This document shows, piece by piece, positions 39,460 to 49,855 of a DNA stretch of 64,000 nt; position 1 is the stretch's first letter; every line of letters starts with the position of its first letter. The notes beneath the pieces were generated by a model. The model was not told the origin of the DNA, ran no database searches, and saw only the letters and a list, made by a program, of their open reading frames with translations. Source of the DNA: a virus (Duplodnaviria > Caudoviricetes); the IMG/VR virus record IMGVR_UViG_2974666281_000001, positions 64,001-128,000 of that record; one strand, 5' to 3'. A program made the translations under genes and the position numbers.

Positions 39460-39484
39460 ATGGAGCTTCGGCTCCATAGTTTTG
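39460..39484 (+). terminator. Intrinsic terminator after gene 19
   Basis: TATGGAGC-TTCG-GCTCCATA-GTTTT. Confidence 0.8.
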
Positions 39485-39521
39485 AAAAGTATTTTGCTTT
39501 AAAATACTTCTTAAAGCTCGG

Positions 39522-39529
39522 TATAAATA
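39522..39529 (+). promoter_or_regulatory. Late promoter of gene 20
   Basis: TATAAATA. Confidence 0.85.
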
Positions 39530-39570
39530 TTATCAGAAGAGCAACGCTCTGTTAACTTTGGAGACTCTAA

Positions 39571-41139
39571 ATGGCTTTCGACTTATTAAGTATCTTTGCT
39601 CCTTGGGCCAAACAAGATGAGCAAGAATACAACCAAAATATAAAAAATGATTTAGAGTCGGTTACAGCACCTAAATTTGACGATGGTGCTCGTGAAATCG
39701 AAGCTAATGAGAACGACCGTCCTGGTAATGGATTCTTACAACAAATGTTCGGCACACAAGAACCGGGCATGAAATCTACTAGAGAGCTTATCGACACTTA
39801 TCGTAGTTTAATGAATAACTATGAAGTTGATAATGCTGTTCAGGAAATCGTTTCAGATGCTGTGGTTTATGAAGACAACCATGATGTGGTTGCTCTTGAC
39901 CTAGACTCTACCGAATTTAGTCAATCTATCAAAGAACGAATTCATGAAGAATTCGGCGATGTTTTGACAAGTTTAAATTTCCAGCGCAAAGGTACAGACC
40001 ATTTCCGTCGTTGGTATGTTGATTCACGAATTTTCTTCCATAAAATTATTAGTCCTAATAAACCTAAAGAAGGCATCCAAGAACTACGCCGGTTGGACCC
40101 TAGAAATATTGAATTTGTCCGTGAAGTAATAACTAAAGATGAATCAGGCGCGAAAATCGTTAAAGGATATCGTGATTATTTCATTTATGATACAGGCAAT
40201 GAATCCTATTCTGCCGATGGTCGGGTTTATGCCGCTGGCACTAAAATTAAAATCCCTCGAGCAGCTGTTGTTTATGCCCATTCTGGATTAGTTGACTGCT
40301 CAGGCAAAAACATTATCGGTTATCTCCATCGAGCGGTTAAGCCTGCAAACCAATTAAAATTAATGGAAGACGCGCTAGTCATCTACCGTATTACCCGTGC
40401 TCCAGACCGCCGTGTGTTTTATATCGACACAGGGAATATGCCTTCACGTAAGGCAGCCCAGCATATGCAACATATTATGAATACGATGAAAAACCGTGTT
40501 GTATATGATGCTTCGACCGGCAAGATTAAAAACCAACAGCACAATATGTCTATGACAGAAGATTATTGGTTGCAACGTCGTGACGGTAAAGCGGTAACAG
40601 AAGTTGATACCATGCCAGGTGCTACTGGTATGAGCGATATGGATGATGTCCGTTATTTTCGTACTAATCTCTATCGCGCTCTTCGAATCCCTGAATCACG
40701 TATCCCTAATGACCAAGGTGGTGGCGGTGTACAATTCGAATCAGGTATGGCTATTACTCGTGACGAATTAAAATTTGCTAAATTTATTCGTGACCTCCAA
40801 CATAAATTCGAAGAAATTCTGTTGGACCCACTAAAAACAAACTTAATCCTTCGTAAAGTTATTACAGAAGATGAGTGGGAACGCGAAATAAATAATATTA
40901 AAGTTGTGTTCCACCGTGATTCATACTTCACTGAAATGAAGGATGCTGAAATCATGGAACGTAGAATCAATATGCTGACTATGGCCGAACCGTTCATTGG
41001 TAAGTATTTGTCTCATCAGACTGCTATGAAAGATTTCTTGCAGATGACTGAAGAACAAATTGAACAAGAAGCTAAGCAGATTGAACTTGAGTCTAAAGAG
41101 GCTCGTTTCCAAGACCCTGAAAATGAAGAGGATTTCTAA
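39571..41139 (+). CDS. 20: Portal protein gp20
   Basis: [21 protein letters not shown]; [11 protein letters not shown]. Confidence 0.98.
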   Translation: MAFDLLSIFAPWAKQDEQEYNQNIKNDLESVTAPKFDDGAREIEANENDRPGNGFLQQMFGTQEPGMKSTRELIDTYRSLMNNYEVDNAVQEIVSDAVVYEDNHDVVALDLDSTEFSQSIKERIHEEFGDVLTSLNFQRKGTDHFRRWYVDSRIFFHKIISPNKPKEGIQELRRLDPRNIEFVREVITKDESGAKIVKGYRDYFIYDTGNESYSADGRVYAAGTKIKIPRAAVVYAHSGLVDCSGKNIIGYLHRAVKPANQLKLMEDALVIYRITRAPDRRVFYIDTGNMPSRKAAQHMQHIMNTMKNRVVYDASTGKIKNQQHNMSMTEDYWLQRRDGKAVTEVDTMPGATGMSDMDDVRYFRTNLYRALRIPESRIPNDQGGGGVQFESGMAITRDELKFAKFIRDLQHKFEEILLDPLKTNLILRKVITEDEWEREINNIKVVFHRDSYFTEMKDAEIMERRINMLTMAEPFIGKYLSHQTAMKDFLQMTEEQIEQEAKQIELESKEARFQDPENEEDF

Positions 41140-41390
41140 TGGAAGATTTCGTTTCCGCAGTTAAATCCAACGACCTCATCAAAGCTAAAAAAGCGTTTAA
41201 CGCTATTATGCTTGAAAGGACCGCTGGTTTAATCGAAGAGCAGCGTAAGCTTATTGCTCAGTCTATTGTTATCGAAGGTGAAGAACCTAAAGATGACGAG
41301 GAAGAAGATAAAGACGATAAAGAAAAGTCTGAAAAATTCCCTCCTAAAAAAGACGAAAAAGAAAAACCCGAAGACGAGAAGGAAGACTAA
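41139..41390 (+). CDS. 67: Prohead core protein gp67
   Basis: AVKSNDL...IEGEE plus acidic tail. Confidence 0.9.
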   Translation: MEDFVSAVKSNDLIKAKKAFNAIMLERTAGLIEEQRKLIAQSIVIEGEEPKDDEEEDKDDKEKSEKFPPKKDEKEKPEDEKED

Positions 41391-41816
41391 ATGTTAATGC
41401 TCCCTGAAAGCCATGAATTAGTAATCGATAATGTCGAAGCCCTGATTCCTGAAGCACAGGGTCGTCTTGATGTTTTGTCGAAAGCTCTTGATAAGGCAGA
41501 TATAAATAAAATTGTAGAGAACATGCTAAGTGACAATGCCGATTTGGCTATTGCACTTGGTTCTCTCAATGAAGGTATGCAATTAAACGAGTTTATTGTT
41601 AAACACGTTTCTTCTCGTGGTGAAATTACGCGTACTAAAGACCGTAAAACACGTCAGCGCAATGCATATCAAACTACTGGATTATCTAAAGCAGCTCGTC
41701 GTCAAATCGCTCGTAAGGCGACCAAAACTAAACGTGCTAATCCGTCTATTACCACGCGGGCCCAACGTAAAAAGAAAAAAGCGATGGCCAAGCGTAAAGC
41801 ATTTGGACTAAGCTAA
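41391..41816 (+). CDS. 68: Prohead core protein gp68
   Basis: [10 protein letters not shown]; [18 protein letters not shown]. Confidence 0.95.
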   Translation: MLMLPESHELVIDNVEALIPEAQGRLDVLSKALDKADINKIVENMLSDNADLAIALGSLNEGMQLNEFIVKHVSSRGEITRTKDRKTRQRNAYQTTGLSKAARRQIARKATKTKRANPSITTRAQRKKKKAMAKRKAFGLS

Positions 41817-42463
41817 TGAATGAACCCCAATTATTAATTGAAAATTGGGGTCAACCAGGCGAAGTGATTGATGGAAAACCTATGCTTGAATCCTTTGAAA
41901 GTAATGAAGATTCTGGATTAAAACCAGGTCTTTATATCGAAGGTGTATTCATGCAAGCTGAAGTTGTTAACCGTAATAAACGTCTTTATCCTAAAAGAAT
42001 TTTAGAAAAAGCCGTTTCTAATTACATCAAGGAACAAGTTCAAACCAAACAAGCATTAGGAGAATTAAACCATCCACCTCGCGCTAACGTTGACCCTATG
42101 CAAGCTGCCATTATTATCGAAGATATGTGGTGGAAAGGTAACGACGTATATGGACGTGCTCGTATTATCGAAGGCGACCATGGTCCAGGAGATAAACTAG
42201 CCGCTAATATTCGTGCAGGATGGATTCCTGGTGTGTCTAGTCGTGGTCTAGGAGCTCTTAAACCTTCAGGTAAAGGTTATAACATCGTTCAGGAAGGATT
42301 TCGCCTGACGGTAGGCGTAGACGCTGTGTGGGGACCTAGTGCTCCAGACGCATGGGTAACGCCAAAACAAATTTCTGAAAGTGTTCAGGAAACGGCGCAA
42401 GTCGCCAATACAAGTGCTGATGATGCTTTTAATGCACTAGCCGAGCGCTTAAAAGCGTTATAA
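41816..42463 (+). CDS. 21: Prohead protease gp21
   Basis: GELNHP; GVSSRG; DAVWGPSAPDA. Confidence 0.97.
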   Translation: MNEPQLLIENWGQPGEVIDGKPMLESFESNEDSGLKPGLYIEGVFMQAEVVNRNKRLYPKRILEKAVSNYIKEQVQTKQALGELNHPPRANVDPMQAAIIIEDMWWKGNDVYGRARIIEGDHGPGDKLAANIRAGWIPGVSSRGLGALKPSGKGYNIVQEGFRLTVGVDAVWGPSAPDAWVTPKQISESVQETAQVANTSADDAFNALAERLKAL

Positions 42464-42466
42464 ATA
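42459..42466 (+). promoter_or_regulatory. Late promoter of gene 22
   Basis: TATAAATA. Confidence 0.85.
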
Positions 42467-42495
42467 ATTATGTAACTTAACAACAGGACTACAAA

Positions 42496-43311
42496 ATGCT
42501 GAAAGAACTACTGATTAGTGAAGCTAAAGAAATTGATGCTTCCGTAGAACTTGACAGTGTTTTCGAATCAGTTAATCTGTCTGATGAAGCAAAAGCTAAT
42601 TTCAGCACTGTATTCGAAGCGACCGTCAAAAAACACGCCATTCAACTGGCAGAATCTCACATTACTAAAATCGCTGAACTGGCTGAAACTCAGGTTCAGG
42701 AAGGTATTGAAACGGCAAAAGACGAAGCTGAAAAAGCTCTGACTGAATCTGCTTCTAAATTCTTTGACCATATCGCTAAAGAATGGCTCGCTGAAAACAA
42801 ATTAGCAATTGATAAAGGTATTAAAGCCGATCTGTTTGAATCAATGCTGGTAGGCATGAAAGAACTGTTCGTAGAACACAACGTAGTTATTCCAGAAGAA
42901 TCTGTAGATGTGGTTGCAGAAATGGAAGAAGAACTGGCTGAATCCACTGCCGAAGTTGCTAAGCTGTTCGAAACTAATGGTGCTCTGGAAAGCGAAATTG
43001 CTTCTCTGAAACGTGGCATTGCTATTTCTGAAGCAACCCGTGATTTAACTGAATCTCAGAAAGAGAGCGTTGCATCTCTAACTGAAGGAATGGATTATTC
43101 CGAAGCTTTCACCGGTAAGTTGACCGCTATCGTCGAAATGGTTAAAACTTCCAAAGAAAAAGATAATACCATTACTGAAGGTGTAATAAATACTCCTGAA
43201 GATGACGCTGTGAACCTGAACTACGTTTCAGAAGCAGTCGAAGATGAAAAATCAACTAAAGCACCTTCAATCATGGATTCTTACATCCGCGGTGCAGCAC
43301 GTCTTTCTTAA
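42496..43311 (+). CDS. 22: Prohead scaffold gp22
   Basis: MLKE.L..EA; GIKADLFESM; FVEHNV. Confidence 0.95.
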   Translation: MLKELLISEAKEIDASVELDSVFESVNLSDEAKANFSTVFEATVKKHAIQLAESHITKIAELAETQVQEGIETAKDEAEKALTESASKFFDHIAKEWLAENKLAIDKGIKADLFESMLVGMKELFVEHNVVIPEESVDVVAEMEEELAESTAEVAKLFETNGALESEIASLKRGIAISEATRDLTESQKESVASLTEGMDYSEAFTGKLTAIVEMVKTSKEKDNTITEGVINTPEDDAVNLNYVSEAVEDEKSTKAPSIMDSYIRGAARLS

Positions 43312-43332
43312 TTTAACAAGGTTATACAACAC

Positions 43333-44892
43333 ATGAAAAAGAACGCTCTCTTAGAAAAATGGCAGCCACTGCTGGAAAATGAAGCCCTGCCAGAAATTGT
43401 TGGTGCTTCCAAACAACGCCTGATTGCTAAAATTCTGGAAACCCAGGAAAAAGATTTTAGTGAATCTCCTGAATATCGCGATGAAAAAATCGCTGAAGCT
43501 TTTGGTTCATTCCTGAGCGAAGCTGAAGTTGGTGGTGACCATGGTTACGACGCAACTAATATCGCTGCTGGCCAGACCTCTGGTGCTGTGACCCACATCG
43601 GTCCTGCTGTTATGGGTATGGTTCGTCGTGCGATTCCTAACCTGATTGCTTTTGACATCTGTGGTGTTCAGCCTATGAACAACCCAACTGGTCAGGTATT
43701 TGCTCTGCGTGCCGTTTACGGTAAAGACCCAATCGCTGATGGTGCTAAAGAAGCATTCCATCCTAAATTCGCTCCAGATGCAATGTTCTCTGGTCGTGGT
43801 GCTGCTGAGAAATTCGCAGTTGTTAAAGCTGGTGATTCTCTGACAGTTGGTGATATCGTGGTTCACGATTTCGTAGAAACTGGTCGTGCTCATCTGCAGG
43901 TTGTAGTTGCATTCACTGTTGATGCTGCCGCTACTGATGCTGGTAAACTGGACGCAGAAATCACTAAACGTCTGGAAGCTGGTGAAGTTGCAGAAATCGC
44001 TGAAGGTATGGCTACCTCTATCGCCGAACTGCAGGAAGGCTTCAATGGTTCTCAAGATAATGCTTGGAACGAAATGGGCTTCCGTATCGATAAACAAGTT
44101 ATCGAAGCTAAATCTCGTCAGCTGAAAGCTGCATATTCTATCGAACTGGCACAGGACCTGCGCGCTGTTCATGGTATGGATGCTGATGCCGAACTGAGTG
44201 GTATTCTGGCTACTGAAATCATGCTGGAAATTAACCGTGAAGTTATCGACTGGATTAACTACTCTGCTCAGGTTGGTAAAACCGGTATGACGCAGACCGT
44301 TGGTTCTAAAGCTGGTGTGTTTGACTTCCAGGACCCAATCGATACTCGTGGTGCTCGTTGGGCTGGTGAAAGCTTTAAAGCTCTGTTGTTCCAGATTGAC
44401 AAAGAAGCAGCTGAAATCGCTCGTCAGACTGGTCGTGGTGCTGGTAACTTCCTGATTGCTTCTCGTAACGTTGTTAACGTTCTGGCTGCAGTTGATACCA
44501 ACATTTCTCCTGCTGCACAGGGCCTGGGTAAAGGTTTCGAAACTGATACTACTAAAGCTGTATTCGCTGGTGTACTGGGTGGTCGCTACCGTGTCTATAT
44601 TGACCAGTATGCTCGCCAGGACTACTTCACCATCGGTTACAAAGGTGCTAACGAAATGGATGCTGGTATCTACTACGCTCCTTACGTTGCTCTGACCCCA
44701 CTGCGTGGTTCCGATCCGAAGAACTTCCAGCCAGTAATGGGCTTCAAAACTCGTTACGGTATCGGTATTAACCCGTTCGCTGACCCAGATGCTCAACAGC
44801 CTAAAGGTCGTATCCAATCTGGTATGCCTTCACTGGCTAACAGCGTTGGTAAAAACGGTTACTTCCGTCGTGTATTCGTTAAAGGTATCTAA
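43333..44892 (+). CDS. 23: Major capsid protein gp23
   Basis: EAEVGGDHGY; CGVQPM; YSIELAQDLRAVHGMDADAEL. Confidence 0.99.
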   Translation: MKKNALLEKWQPLLENEALPEIVGASKQRLIAKILETQEKDFSESPEYRDEKIAEAFGSFLSEAEVGGDHGYDATNIAAGQTSGAVTHIGPAVMGMVRRAIPNLIAFDICGVQPMNNPTGQVFALRAVYGKDPIADGAKEAFHPKFAPDAMFSGRGAAEKFAVVKAGDSLTVGDIVVHDFVETGRAHLQVVVAFTVDAAATDAGKLDAEITKRLEAGEVAEIAEGMATSIAELQEGFNGSQDNAWNEMGFRIDKQVIEAKSRQLKAAYSIELAQDLRAVHGMDADAELSGILATEIMLEINREVIDWINYSAQVGKTGMTQTVGSKAGVFDFQDPIDTRGARWAGESFKALLFQIDKEAAEIARQTGRGAGNFLIASRNVVNVLAAVDTNISPAAQGLGKGFETDTTKAVFAGVLGGRYRVYIDQYARQDYFTIGYKGANEMDAGIYYAPYVALTPLRGSDPKNFQPVMGFKTRYGIGINPFADPDAQQPKGRIQSGMPSLANSVGKNGYFRRVFVKGI

Positions 44893-44906
44893 TACCTACC
44901 AAAATT

Positions 44907-44953
44907 ATGGGAGACTTCGGTCTCCCATTCTTGTTTCTATGGCTTTATAAATA
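44907..44953 (+). promoter_or_regulatory. Gene 23 terminator plus late promoter of gene 24
   Basis: ATGGGAGAC-TTCG-GTCTCCCAT-TCTTGTTT; TATAAATA at 44946-44953. Confidence 0.85.
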
Positions 44954-44980
44954 AACTTATAAACCAAAGAGGAATGTGCA

Positions 44981-46234
44981 ATGAGCAAAATTCATAACCT
45001 GTTGCGCGAATCTACAACTACTGGGACTTCATCAATCGGACGTCCAGATCTCGTTGCATTGACTCGCGCTACAACTAATTTAATCTATACTGACCTTGTA
45101 GCATCACAACGTACTAGACAGCCAGAAGCAACTCTTTATGGCGTTAAATACCTTAACCATGACAAAGTAATGTCATTTATGAGTGCAGCTACTTATGCTG
45201 GCGCTATTAGTTCGCGTGACGGTATCCCTGAATTCGAAAATAAAGCTTGGTCCAAAGGCGATTTATTCCAAAACGAAAAAGTCGTATATAAAGTTCTGAA
45301 AGACAATCCTTTTGAAGGGACCTCTGAAACAGAACCATTTGATATTATCAGCGAAGCTATTGTGGATTCTTCTATTAGATTAGTGGCAGAAGCTGCTGAT
45401 ACCTCTAAATTTGAATCAGCAGATAGTGATGTTTCTGACGCAAGTTTCCGTATGGACCGTTGGAAAATCCCTGTTAAGTCTCGTAAACTGCGTACTGATT
45501 TAACGGTTGAATTAGCCCAAGATATGGAAGCTAATGGATTTGACGCTGCGGTAACTGTCGAAGACGTATTAGCTACTGTTATGGCGGAAGAAGTTAACAA
45601 AGACATTGTTCAATCTCTGATTACCGTATCTTCTCGTTTCCGTGTTGAAGGTATTTCTGATAAAGGTATGTTAGATTTGACTGGTGTGGATGAAGCTCCT
45701 GAAATGGGACGTCGTCTGTATCGATATATTTGTGAAATGAACGCTAATATCCAACGTCAAACTTCTTATTCTGGAACTTACGTTTTAGCTTCGTCACGTG
45801 TAGCAGCAATGCTTGATGCATCTGGTTGGGTTAAAGAAGACGAAGATTCAGAACTGTCTTATGGTAAGTTGAACAATGGTCTGAAACTTTATGTAGATGC
45901 TGTTACGCCTGTGGATTATGTCATTGTTGGTGTTAAGGCTACTTTCGGTGAACTCGAATCAGTTGGTTCTTTATTCTACGCCCCTTATACCGAAGGCTTA
46001 GATTTAGAAGACCCAGAACATGTTGGCGCTTTTAAAGTAATCGTTGACCCAGATTCATTACAGCCTACTGTGTGTCTGCTTGTTCGTTATGGGTTGTCTG
46101 TGAATCCGTATACTTTAGGTATTGCTGACAAAGAGGCTCGGGTTATTGATGGGTCTGATATGGACAATCTGGCTGGATTAAGTAAAATGTCTGTATTACT
46201 TGGTGTTAAGTTACCTAAGCTAATAGAAGACTAA
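44981..46234 (+). CDS. 24: Head vertex protein gp24
   Basis: LLRESTTT; GRP.LVALTRAT; TVELAQDMEANGF. Confidence 0.96.
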   Translation: MSKIHNLLRESTTTGTSSIGRPDLVALTRATTNLIYTDLVASQRTRQPEATLYGVKYLNHDKVMSFMSAATYAGAISSRDGIPEFENKAWSKGDLFQNEKVVYKVLKDNPFEGTSETEPFDIISEAIVDSSIRLVAEAADTSKFESADSDVSDASFRMDRWKIPVKSRKLRTDLTVELAQDMEANGFDAAVTVEDVLATVMAEEVNKDIVQSLITVSSRFRVEGISDKGMLDLTGVDEAPEMGRRLYRYICEMNANIQRQTSYSGTYVLASSRVAAMLDASGWVKEDEDSELSYGKLNNGLKLYVDAVTPVDYVIVGVKATFGELESVGSLFYAPYTEGLDLEDPEHVGAFKVIVDPDSLQPTVCLLVRYGLSVNPYTLGIADKEARVIDGSDMDNLAGLSKMSVLLGVKLPKLIED

Positions 46235-46237
46235 AAG

Positions 46238-46263
46238 AAAAGGGAACCCAATGGGTTCCCTTT
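46238..46263. terminator. Bidirectional terminator between convergent genes
   Basis: AAAAGGGAACCC-AAT-GGGTTCCCTTT. Confidence 0.85.
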
Positions 46264-46813
46264 ATAGTTTGAAAATATCAAATGGCTCTGGTTCATACTT
46301 ACTTTTGAAGTTTTCAAGCACATTTCTAAAAGCTAAATTAAATGTAGCAATACCGAATTTACGAGCTATATAAACAGCTACTCTAGTTCCACCTTTAATC
46401 TTTCCGTGTTGTTCTGGCGCCCAATAGAACACTGCATCTACTGGATTATCACACTTCTCGCCTAGCACTTGATTAGCATCCCTTGCTAGCAATATTTGAA
46501 CCGTTTTACTCCGGTCTTCATAATCAGGTACAAATTCACGCGCATGTACTACAGATTTAATCTTCCCTTCATTAGGTAAATCCTGCCACAATATCACCCC
46601 TTGCATTTTATTCGTCAATCCGTTGAATCCGTTATGTGGAATAATAATTTGTTTATTACTTCCATATGAAGCTAGCCACGCAGTATCTGCCCCAGGGGCG
46701 CCGCCTGAGATACCGAAACAGCCGGAGGAACTTAATCCATAACCGGCTTTCGACATAAGCCTCAGGATGTGCTGAGGCGTTTCTCGTGACCCAATTAGAG
46801 CCACTCGTTTCAT
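46262..46813 (-). CDS. SLOG-superfamily (DprA/Smf/YspA-like Rossmannoid) protein
   Basis: VALIGSRETP; SGGAPGADTAW; LARDANQVLG; GGTRVAV...GIATFNL. Confidence 0.75.
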   Translation of the reverse strand: MKRVALIGSRETPQHILRLMSKAGYGLSSSGCFGISGGAPGADTAWLASYGSNKQIIIPHNGFNGLTNKMQGVILWQDLPNEGKIKSVVHAREFVPDYEDRSKTVQILLARDANQVLGEKCDNPVDAVFYWAPEQHGKIKGGTRVAVYIARKFGIATFNLAFRNVLENFKSKYEPEPFDIFKL

Positions 46814-47820
46814 TAACTCACCACTTCATGCCATTTTTCACGGATAGTGGCCATCACTACTTGCTGAAGTTCTTTCTTAACAGCGGTCGGGTTTTCAGCA
46901 TCAGTTAATACGATACCTTCACGTTCTGCTTCAACGAAAATATCTTGCATCGTTAGACCCATAACTTTACCGAAGTCTTTAGCACCGACTTCACCGATAT
47001 GAGAAATAACGTTAGATACACGGTTCCAAGTACTATAATCAGCGAAGGTAGATAATACTACTTTATCTGAAGCACTCAGTTCGACTTTGGCTTTAATAGG
47101 CTTATCAGATTTAGCCTTTTCACTGAACTTAGAGTTCTTACACTTAATAGCCACACGATTACCATTCGCTAGGAACTCAGGATAACAAGGTTTCAGAACA
47201 TAACCTTCTGCAATATTCTTTTCACCACTAGGTGGATGACCAAAACAATGTGTATTAGCATGGTCTAAATCGGTCATGCGAATCAGCTCGTTATAGTAAT
47301 TGACTTCTGTGTCAAAATCATTAACGATTTTAGACAGTTCTTCAAAAGAACCACGATCTAGAAGTGGGGCTGTTTTAAAACCAAAAGTACAGCACATATT
47401 AGTCATCATAAAATCGTCAACAAATGAGCCTGTAGTATCGTTTTCAGTTTTAACTAAGATGTCGAATACGTAGAAGTCTTTCTCGCCGTAATCCATACCT
47501 TTCTGAATTCCGCCACCAGCAAATTCGCCAAATATCTGATAAGACGAAGCCACACCAGTAATTGCAGACTGTAGAGCCTTAATAGACTTATCGTATTTCT
47601 TCAGAATAATTTCATGTCCAAAGAAACTTTCACCAGGAAGAATAGGACCTGTCCGCTTACACGGAGTGACTGCGTCACGACTAATAATTAGAGAGAAGTT
47701 TGTACCGTGAATCTTTTCACGTGCTACCCATACACCAGAATCTTTACCAGAGAAGCGAATCTTCTCGATGAATTTACCGTTGTAGTGGTTCTCTAGGGAG
47801 GAGTACTTCTGGAATGTCAT
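46813..47820 (-). CDS. rnlB: RNA ligase 2
   Basis: [11 protein letters not shown]; motif I EKIHGTNF; EGYVLKP; [11 protein letters not shown]. Confidence 0.97.
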   Translation of the reverse strand: MTFQKYSSLENHYNGKFIEKIRFSGKDSGVWVAREKIHGTNFSLIISRDAVTPCKRTGPILPGESFFGHEIILKKYDKSIKALQSAITGVASSYQIFGEFAGGGIQKGMDYGEKDFYVFDILVKTENDTTGSFVDDFMMTNMCCTFGFKTAPLLDRGSFEELSKIVNDFDTEVNYYNELIRMTDLDHANTHCFGHPPSGEKNIAEGYVLKPCYPEFLANGNRVAIKCKNSKFSEKAKSDKPIKAKVELSASDKVVLSTFADYSTWNRVSNVISHIGEVGAKDFGKVMGLTMQDIFVEAEREGIVLTDAENPTAVKKELQQVVMATIREKWHEVVS

Positions 47821-47894
47821 AATGTCACCATATTATAAAAGATTAATTCTTCTATCCCCAGCCGTATAAATAAGGGCTGGAAACCATTATATCG

Positions 47895-47923
47895 AATATA
47901 TCACACTTTCGACTTAAAGCAAA
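47895..47923 (-). promoter_or_regulatory. Middle promoter of rnlB
   Basis: TTTGCTTTA-N13-TATATT. Confidence 0.7.
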
Positions 47924-48217
47924 TTAGAACTTAATTACTACTAAATGACCATCACGTTGATCATGATTCCATTTGACTTCACATCCATTATCTTGGAGCC
48001 ATTTTGTAATAGCAGCTTCTTCTCGAACAGAATTAGTAGAAGGATACCAAAGTATAGATTTCAAACCTTTAGCAGCGTTTTTTGCTAAAGATTCTTCGAT
48101 CTCTCGTTTGGCGGTAGTAATAATATTATTGCGAGCTTGTTCAGCAATTTCACCATAATGCGCTGACAGAGTCTTCGTTCTAGGTTTACCACCTACCCAA
48201 CCATCTGGAATAATCAT
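47924..48217 (-). CDS. 24.2: gp24.2 homolog
   Basis: YP...EEAAITKWL...DQRDG..L.I.F. Confidence 0.8.
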   Translation of the reverse strand: MIIPDGWVGGKPRTKTLSAHYGEIAEQARNNIITTAKREIEESLAKNAAKGLKSILWYPSTNSVREEAAITKWLQDNGCEVKWNHDQRDGHLVVIKF

Positions 48218-48441
48218 AATGTTCTCATTTTCTTAACTAATTGTTTTTGATGTGAAGTTGACGTAGTCATTCGCTTGCGATAAACTACCCTTTCACGATT
48301 CATGAACTTTTCTTTAAGTTTTTCACCTTCAGCCCAATGCTTCGCTGCTTCAAAAGCAGTAATTGAAAACTTCTCAGCTACTTCACCAAAAGACATTTTA
48401 AAGTCTTCAACCATTGTATAAACCTGAACAGCAATATTCAT
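48214..48441 (-). CDS. 24.3: gp24.3 homolog (HTH-like)
   Basis: SF.EVA..F.ITA.EAA; RERVVYRKR. Confidence 0.8.
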   Translation of the reverse strand: MNIAVQVYTMVEDFKMSFGEVAEKFSITAFEAAKHWAEGEKLKEKFMNRERVVYRKRMTTSTSHQKQLVKKMRTL

Positions 48442-48489
48442 TTGTCACCTCATGTTTGTATGGCTAATTTAATATGTCTTTTAGAAAGC

Positions 48490-48515
48490 AAAAAAGGACT
48501 CCCGAAGGAGTCCTT
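48490..48515 (-). terminator. Terminator after hoc
   Basis: AAGGACTCC-TTCG-GGAGTCCTT-TTTT. Confidence 0.9.
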
Positions 48516-48518
48516 AAC

Positions 48519-49058
48519 TTAGTAGATGTAGCCAGCTTCGATAGCTTCTTTATTCAAGATATACCCATGACGTGATTCTTGAACTTCAACATTAGGATAA
48601 GTTTCAAGCATATATGCAAGAGTCTTAAGGTCTACTTTGTATTTTAATTCAGTATCATCTGGATTTTTCCAATCGATATCTTCTTTAGAAGCTTTTTCGA
48701 TCTCGTCCATAACCCACCAACCACACCAAAGATATGCAGATTGACGATGGTCTAATGGATGGATATATTTGAGATTTTTAGTGTCGATGATTTTGTTTTC
48801 AATAGTCAAAATGGTGGTATCTTCTATTTCTACTGGGTCTCCTTCTTCAGGAGTTAAAGTAACTACAACTCGAACAGTTGTAGTTCTTGCGACTAATCCA
48901 GGGACTTCTAAAGTAGAATCGGAACCAGAAGATACCCCATCCACTTCCCAGTCATATTTAACTGTATCAGTTCCACTATCAGTTACGGTTGCTGTGAAAG
49001 TGGTGACATCTCCAACTGTTACTTTTGGGTTCACTGGAGTAATTTTTACACTAGCCAT
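48519..49058 (-). CDS. hoc: Highly immunogenic outer capsid protein, single Ig-like domain
   Basis: One Ig/PKD-like domain (TFTATV..Y.W.VDG) plus capsid-binding domain YIHPL.HR.SAY.W.GWWV...QESRHG. Confidence 0.88.
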   Translation of the reverse strand: MASVKITPVNPKVTVGDVTTFTATVTDSGTDTVKYDWEVDGVSSGSDSTLEVPGLVARTTTVRVVVTLTPEEGDPVEIEDTTILTIENKIIDTKNLKYIHPLDHRQSAYLWCGWWVMDEIEKASKEDIDWKNPDDTELKYKVDLKTLAYMLETYPNVEVQESRHGYILNKEAIEAGYIY

Positions 49059-49088
49059 TATTTTTCCTCTAGGGGCCTTCGGCCCTTA

Positions 49089-49799
49089 TTAATTAAGAAT
49101 GAAAAATCGAGAGTTACGGGTCTCACGAATACGGACCTGTCCATCACGTTTGATGTAATAAATCAAACTTAACAGGGTATCAATACCATAATGATGAGGG
49201 AAGGAATGAGGGTTAGATTTCCATTCAGGATTTTCTATAATCCACTGATAAATCCACCAAGGAAGAGTTACATAGCCTGGGGCTTTACCCATAGACATTA
49301 ACGTCGGACTAAATCCTTTTGGCAATTCAAATAACTCTGATTCGATAATATCTTTGATAGCCTGTTCTAGAACAGGAACATCTTCTTGGGATAAAGGAGA
49401 AGCTTCAACGGTCTCAATACCTTCATTACGAACTACTGTGATGGTTTCACCAATCGGCTCTTCAATTGAAGTAACCATTACAGGTGAAACTGTAGGTTCG
49501 CCAATAGAATCAATAAGTAAAGATTTAGCTTCTTCTTTAGCTTCATCTTTGAAAATAGAAGCACCTGTCAATTCATCATCTGCTTGAATTAAATCAGTGA
49601 TGCTCATGCCACCTTCATCTTCAGGCATCGGCTCGTTAGCAAGTTCAGCCATTTCAGTTTCAAGATCAATCAACATATTGTCAAATGACTTTGTTTTCTT
49701 AAGAGTGATGTTGAACCCGGCTGCATATTCGGCTAATTTATCTTTAGCTTCTTTTTTATCAAGCCCACGGAGTTCGTCAACGTAAATTTTGTCAATCAT
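49089..49799 (-). CDS. inh: Inhibitor of prohead protease
   Basis: KKEAK.KL.EYA..F.I.LKK.KSFDN; TLPWWIYQWI; YYIKRDG.V.IRETRNS. Confidence 0.93.
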   Translation of the reverse strand: MIDKIYVDELRGLDKKEAKDKLAEYAAGFNITLKKTKSFDNMLIDLETEMAELANEPMPEDEGGMSITDLIQADDELTGASIFKDEAKEEAKSLLIDSIGEPTVSPVMVTSIEEPIGETITVVRNEGIETVEASPLSQEDVPVLEQAIKDIIESELFELPKGFSPTLMSMGKAPGYVTLPWWIYQWIIENPEWKSNPHSFPHHYGIDTLLSLIYYIKRDGQVRIRETRNSRFFILN

Positions 49800-49818
49800 G
49801 TTATAGCCTCAGTGTATG

Positions 49819-49840
49819 TATAAATATAGATGTATTTATA
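49819..49840. promoter_or_regulatory. Opposed late promoters for uvsW (+) and inh (-)
   Basis: TATAAATA at 49819-49826 and TATTTATA at 49833-49840. Confidence 0.85.
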
Positions 49841-49855
49841 ACTGAGGATTATTCC

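Noticed and set aside
39487-39509. Palindrome AAGTATTTT-GCTTT-AAAATACTT containing a MotA-box-like TTTTGCTTTA before gene 20
   Set aside because: No acceptable -10 at 11-13 nt spacing; the nearby TATAAATA explains gene 20 expression; AT-rich so it may be chance
43507-44817. 436-aa antisense ORF spanning gene 23 (and shorter ones opposite genes 12, 18, 19, 22, 24, alt and e.6)
   Set aside because: Expected shadow of strong codon bias in highly expressed genes (few TTA/CTA/TCA in frame); no SD or promoter and no recognisable protein features
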